The notes under the pieces were generated by a model, which did no database searches, was not told the origin of the DNA, and was given only the letters and a program-made list of their open reading frames with translations. The position numbers and the translations under genes were made by a program. From contig OX597842.1 of the NCBI GenBank assembly GCA_951406725.2, positions 15,624,001 through 15,688,000 on the forward strand: a DNA stretch of 64,000 bases, given 5' to 3'. Positions 62,450 through 64,000 of the stretch are shown here, piece by piece; positions within the stretch are counted from its first letter, which is position 1; every line of letters begins with the position of its first letter. The DNA comes from Octopus vulgaris. Taxonomy: Eukaryota.

Positions 62450-64000
62450 CTGGAAAATAAAATTGTGTCAAGAAGAACATTTATGGCAAGAAAAAGAAAA
62501 AGATAATGAAGAAGAAGTAGATAATGATGATGATGATGAAGAAGAAGAAGAAAAAGGAAAAGAAGAAGGAGAAGAAGAAGAAGAAGAAGAAGAAGGAGAG
62601 GAAAAAGAAGAAGGAGAAGAAGTGGAAGAGAAAGAAGAAAGAGAAGAAAAAGAAGAAGAAGAAGAAGAAGGAGGAGGAGGAGGAGGCGAGGGAGAAGAAG
62701 AAGAACAAGAAGAAGAAAAAGAAGACAAAGAAGGAGAAGAGGAGCAACAAGTAGGAGATACTTCCTGAGAAGGAAACAAACACTAGTTGAGCGAAGTCCC
62801 TAAATGGAAAAAATGCATGAAGGACACCATCCAAGCACCTCCCCACAACACATACACACAACTATCTTCTATAACACCAAAATTACCAACACCACCAATA
62901 CCGCTGCCAGCACCACCCGCACCACACGCCATACAAATATCCCCTTCGAAATCACCTTCGTAAATTTCCCTGCAATCCACATATTGAAGCCCTAATGAAA
63001 TACATACAAAAAACTACTAACATCACACCAAAAGATCACAGCACCTAACGTTTCACCTCAAATACAAATACTCAGCATAACTAACAACGCCTTAATTTCT
63101 TGAGAAAAAACCTACCCCTTTGCGCTGGGAAATTTCCAAAGAACAATAACCAAAAGTTTATACGAAACCTGATCGTGGAAACTCCTACAACCACCGAGAA
63201 GGGTGAGAGAAAACATTCACCCTCTCCGCAGCCCAAAAAGTAAGTTGTGCATCATTTTGTTTTCCCATTTCTCTCATCATTGTTTTGCTCAAGCAAGGCA
63301 GTTTAAACGTGCGTGGACGGGGATCATTTTTCAAGTAAGGACGATTTCTAAACGACCTCAGTTCACTGGATTTGGACGGTGTAGTCATTAGTGAAGCCAG
63401 ACTGAGCGGACCACAAGTTTTCTTGCCCCTCTATGGAGGATATGAGATGTAACGATTCAGTGGCACCCGAGACAAGGCGATGAAGCTGCAATTTGGTTCC
63501 AGAAAGGTCTAGATCTAGAGATCAGTGCAGTCTTTGCGGACCCAGACGGCAACTCGTCGTCCTTTATGGGAATGGTAATGATGGTGATGCTTTCAGACTG
63601 GTCGCTGTCTATGCACCAACAAATGTTGGACATTAAGATTATTTCAGGCGTCCGGAAGCTTTTTTGGGAATGTTGCGTAGTTTAGTATTAGTAGGCGATT
63701 TCACAGAATCCTAAGATGCACGAATGGATTGTGAGGGGTCAAATGATAGAAGTGGAAACAAATGCCTCACAAACCTGCTCAGACGTTTCCAGCTGTCTGA
63801 CAAGTATCGCGCCCTCTTCAGAGTTACTGACGCACCCCCTGCCCCAGGGGACGCGCTCCTAGGTTAAGAACCACTGATCTCATGGTAAACAACATACATG
63901 ATATAGACACTGAATTACACACTAATTTTTATACACTCCCATTCACTCATCCATACACCGAGACAGGTATTTATATATAAACACAGGTATGCATTAAATA

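Larger units (their letters stand above)
59775..62490. repeat. Three tandem ~0.9-kb cassettes, each = GAA-rich tract + intron + LRR exon
   Basis: Exon-to-exon periods 906 and 903 bp; non-microsatellite parts are nearly identical. Confidence 0.93.

Noticed and set aside
8292-62861. Many poly-S/F/L/K/E ORFs in the ORF track
   Set aside because: Translations of GAA/TTC and GAT microsatellites.

Overview
Repeat-dense animal genomic DNA, probably a cephalopod such as Octopus; this is inferred from the SINE and Tx1 families and not confirmed by a search. The window is mostly intronic. The ORF track almost entirely misses a minus-strand gene represented here by nine isolated 72-nt, phase-2/phase-2 exons with canonical AG/GT sites (62378-62449, 61475-61546, 60569-60640, 59018-59089, 56615-56686, 54819-54890, 31012-31083, 13865-13936, 9119-9190). 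Each exon encodes exactly one 24-aa extracellular-type leucine-rich repeat. The exons sit in tandemly duplicated exon+intron cassettes of about 0.9, 1.8 and 4-5 kb. Exon differences cluster at the exposed LxxLxLxxN positions, and some exon pairs are far more diverged than their near-identical flanking introns. This suggests a diversifying, modular LRR receptor locus. The introns hold two intact head-to-tail Tx1-clade (L1-like) LINEs embedded in (AAT)n and an array of alternating ORF1-only and full-length Tx1 elements separated by a shared ~14-bp motif. They also contain two Penelope-like remnants (one with inverted pLTRs carrying hammerhead ribozymes), a Buster-type hAT with TIRs and TSD, mariner relics, a small Helitron, SINEs, a 45-bp minisatellite and long GAA/TTC tracts. 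The start and end of the LRR gene are outside the window. All alignments and counts were made by eye.
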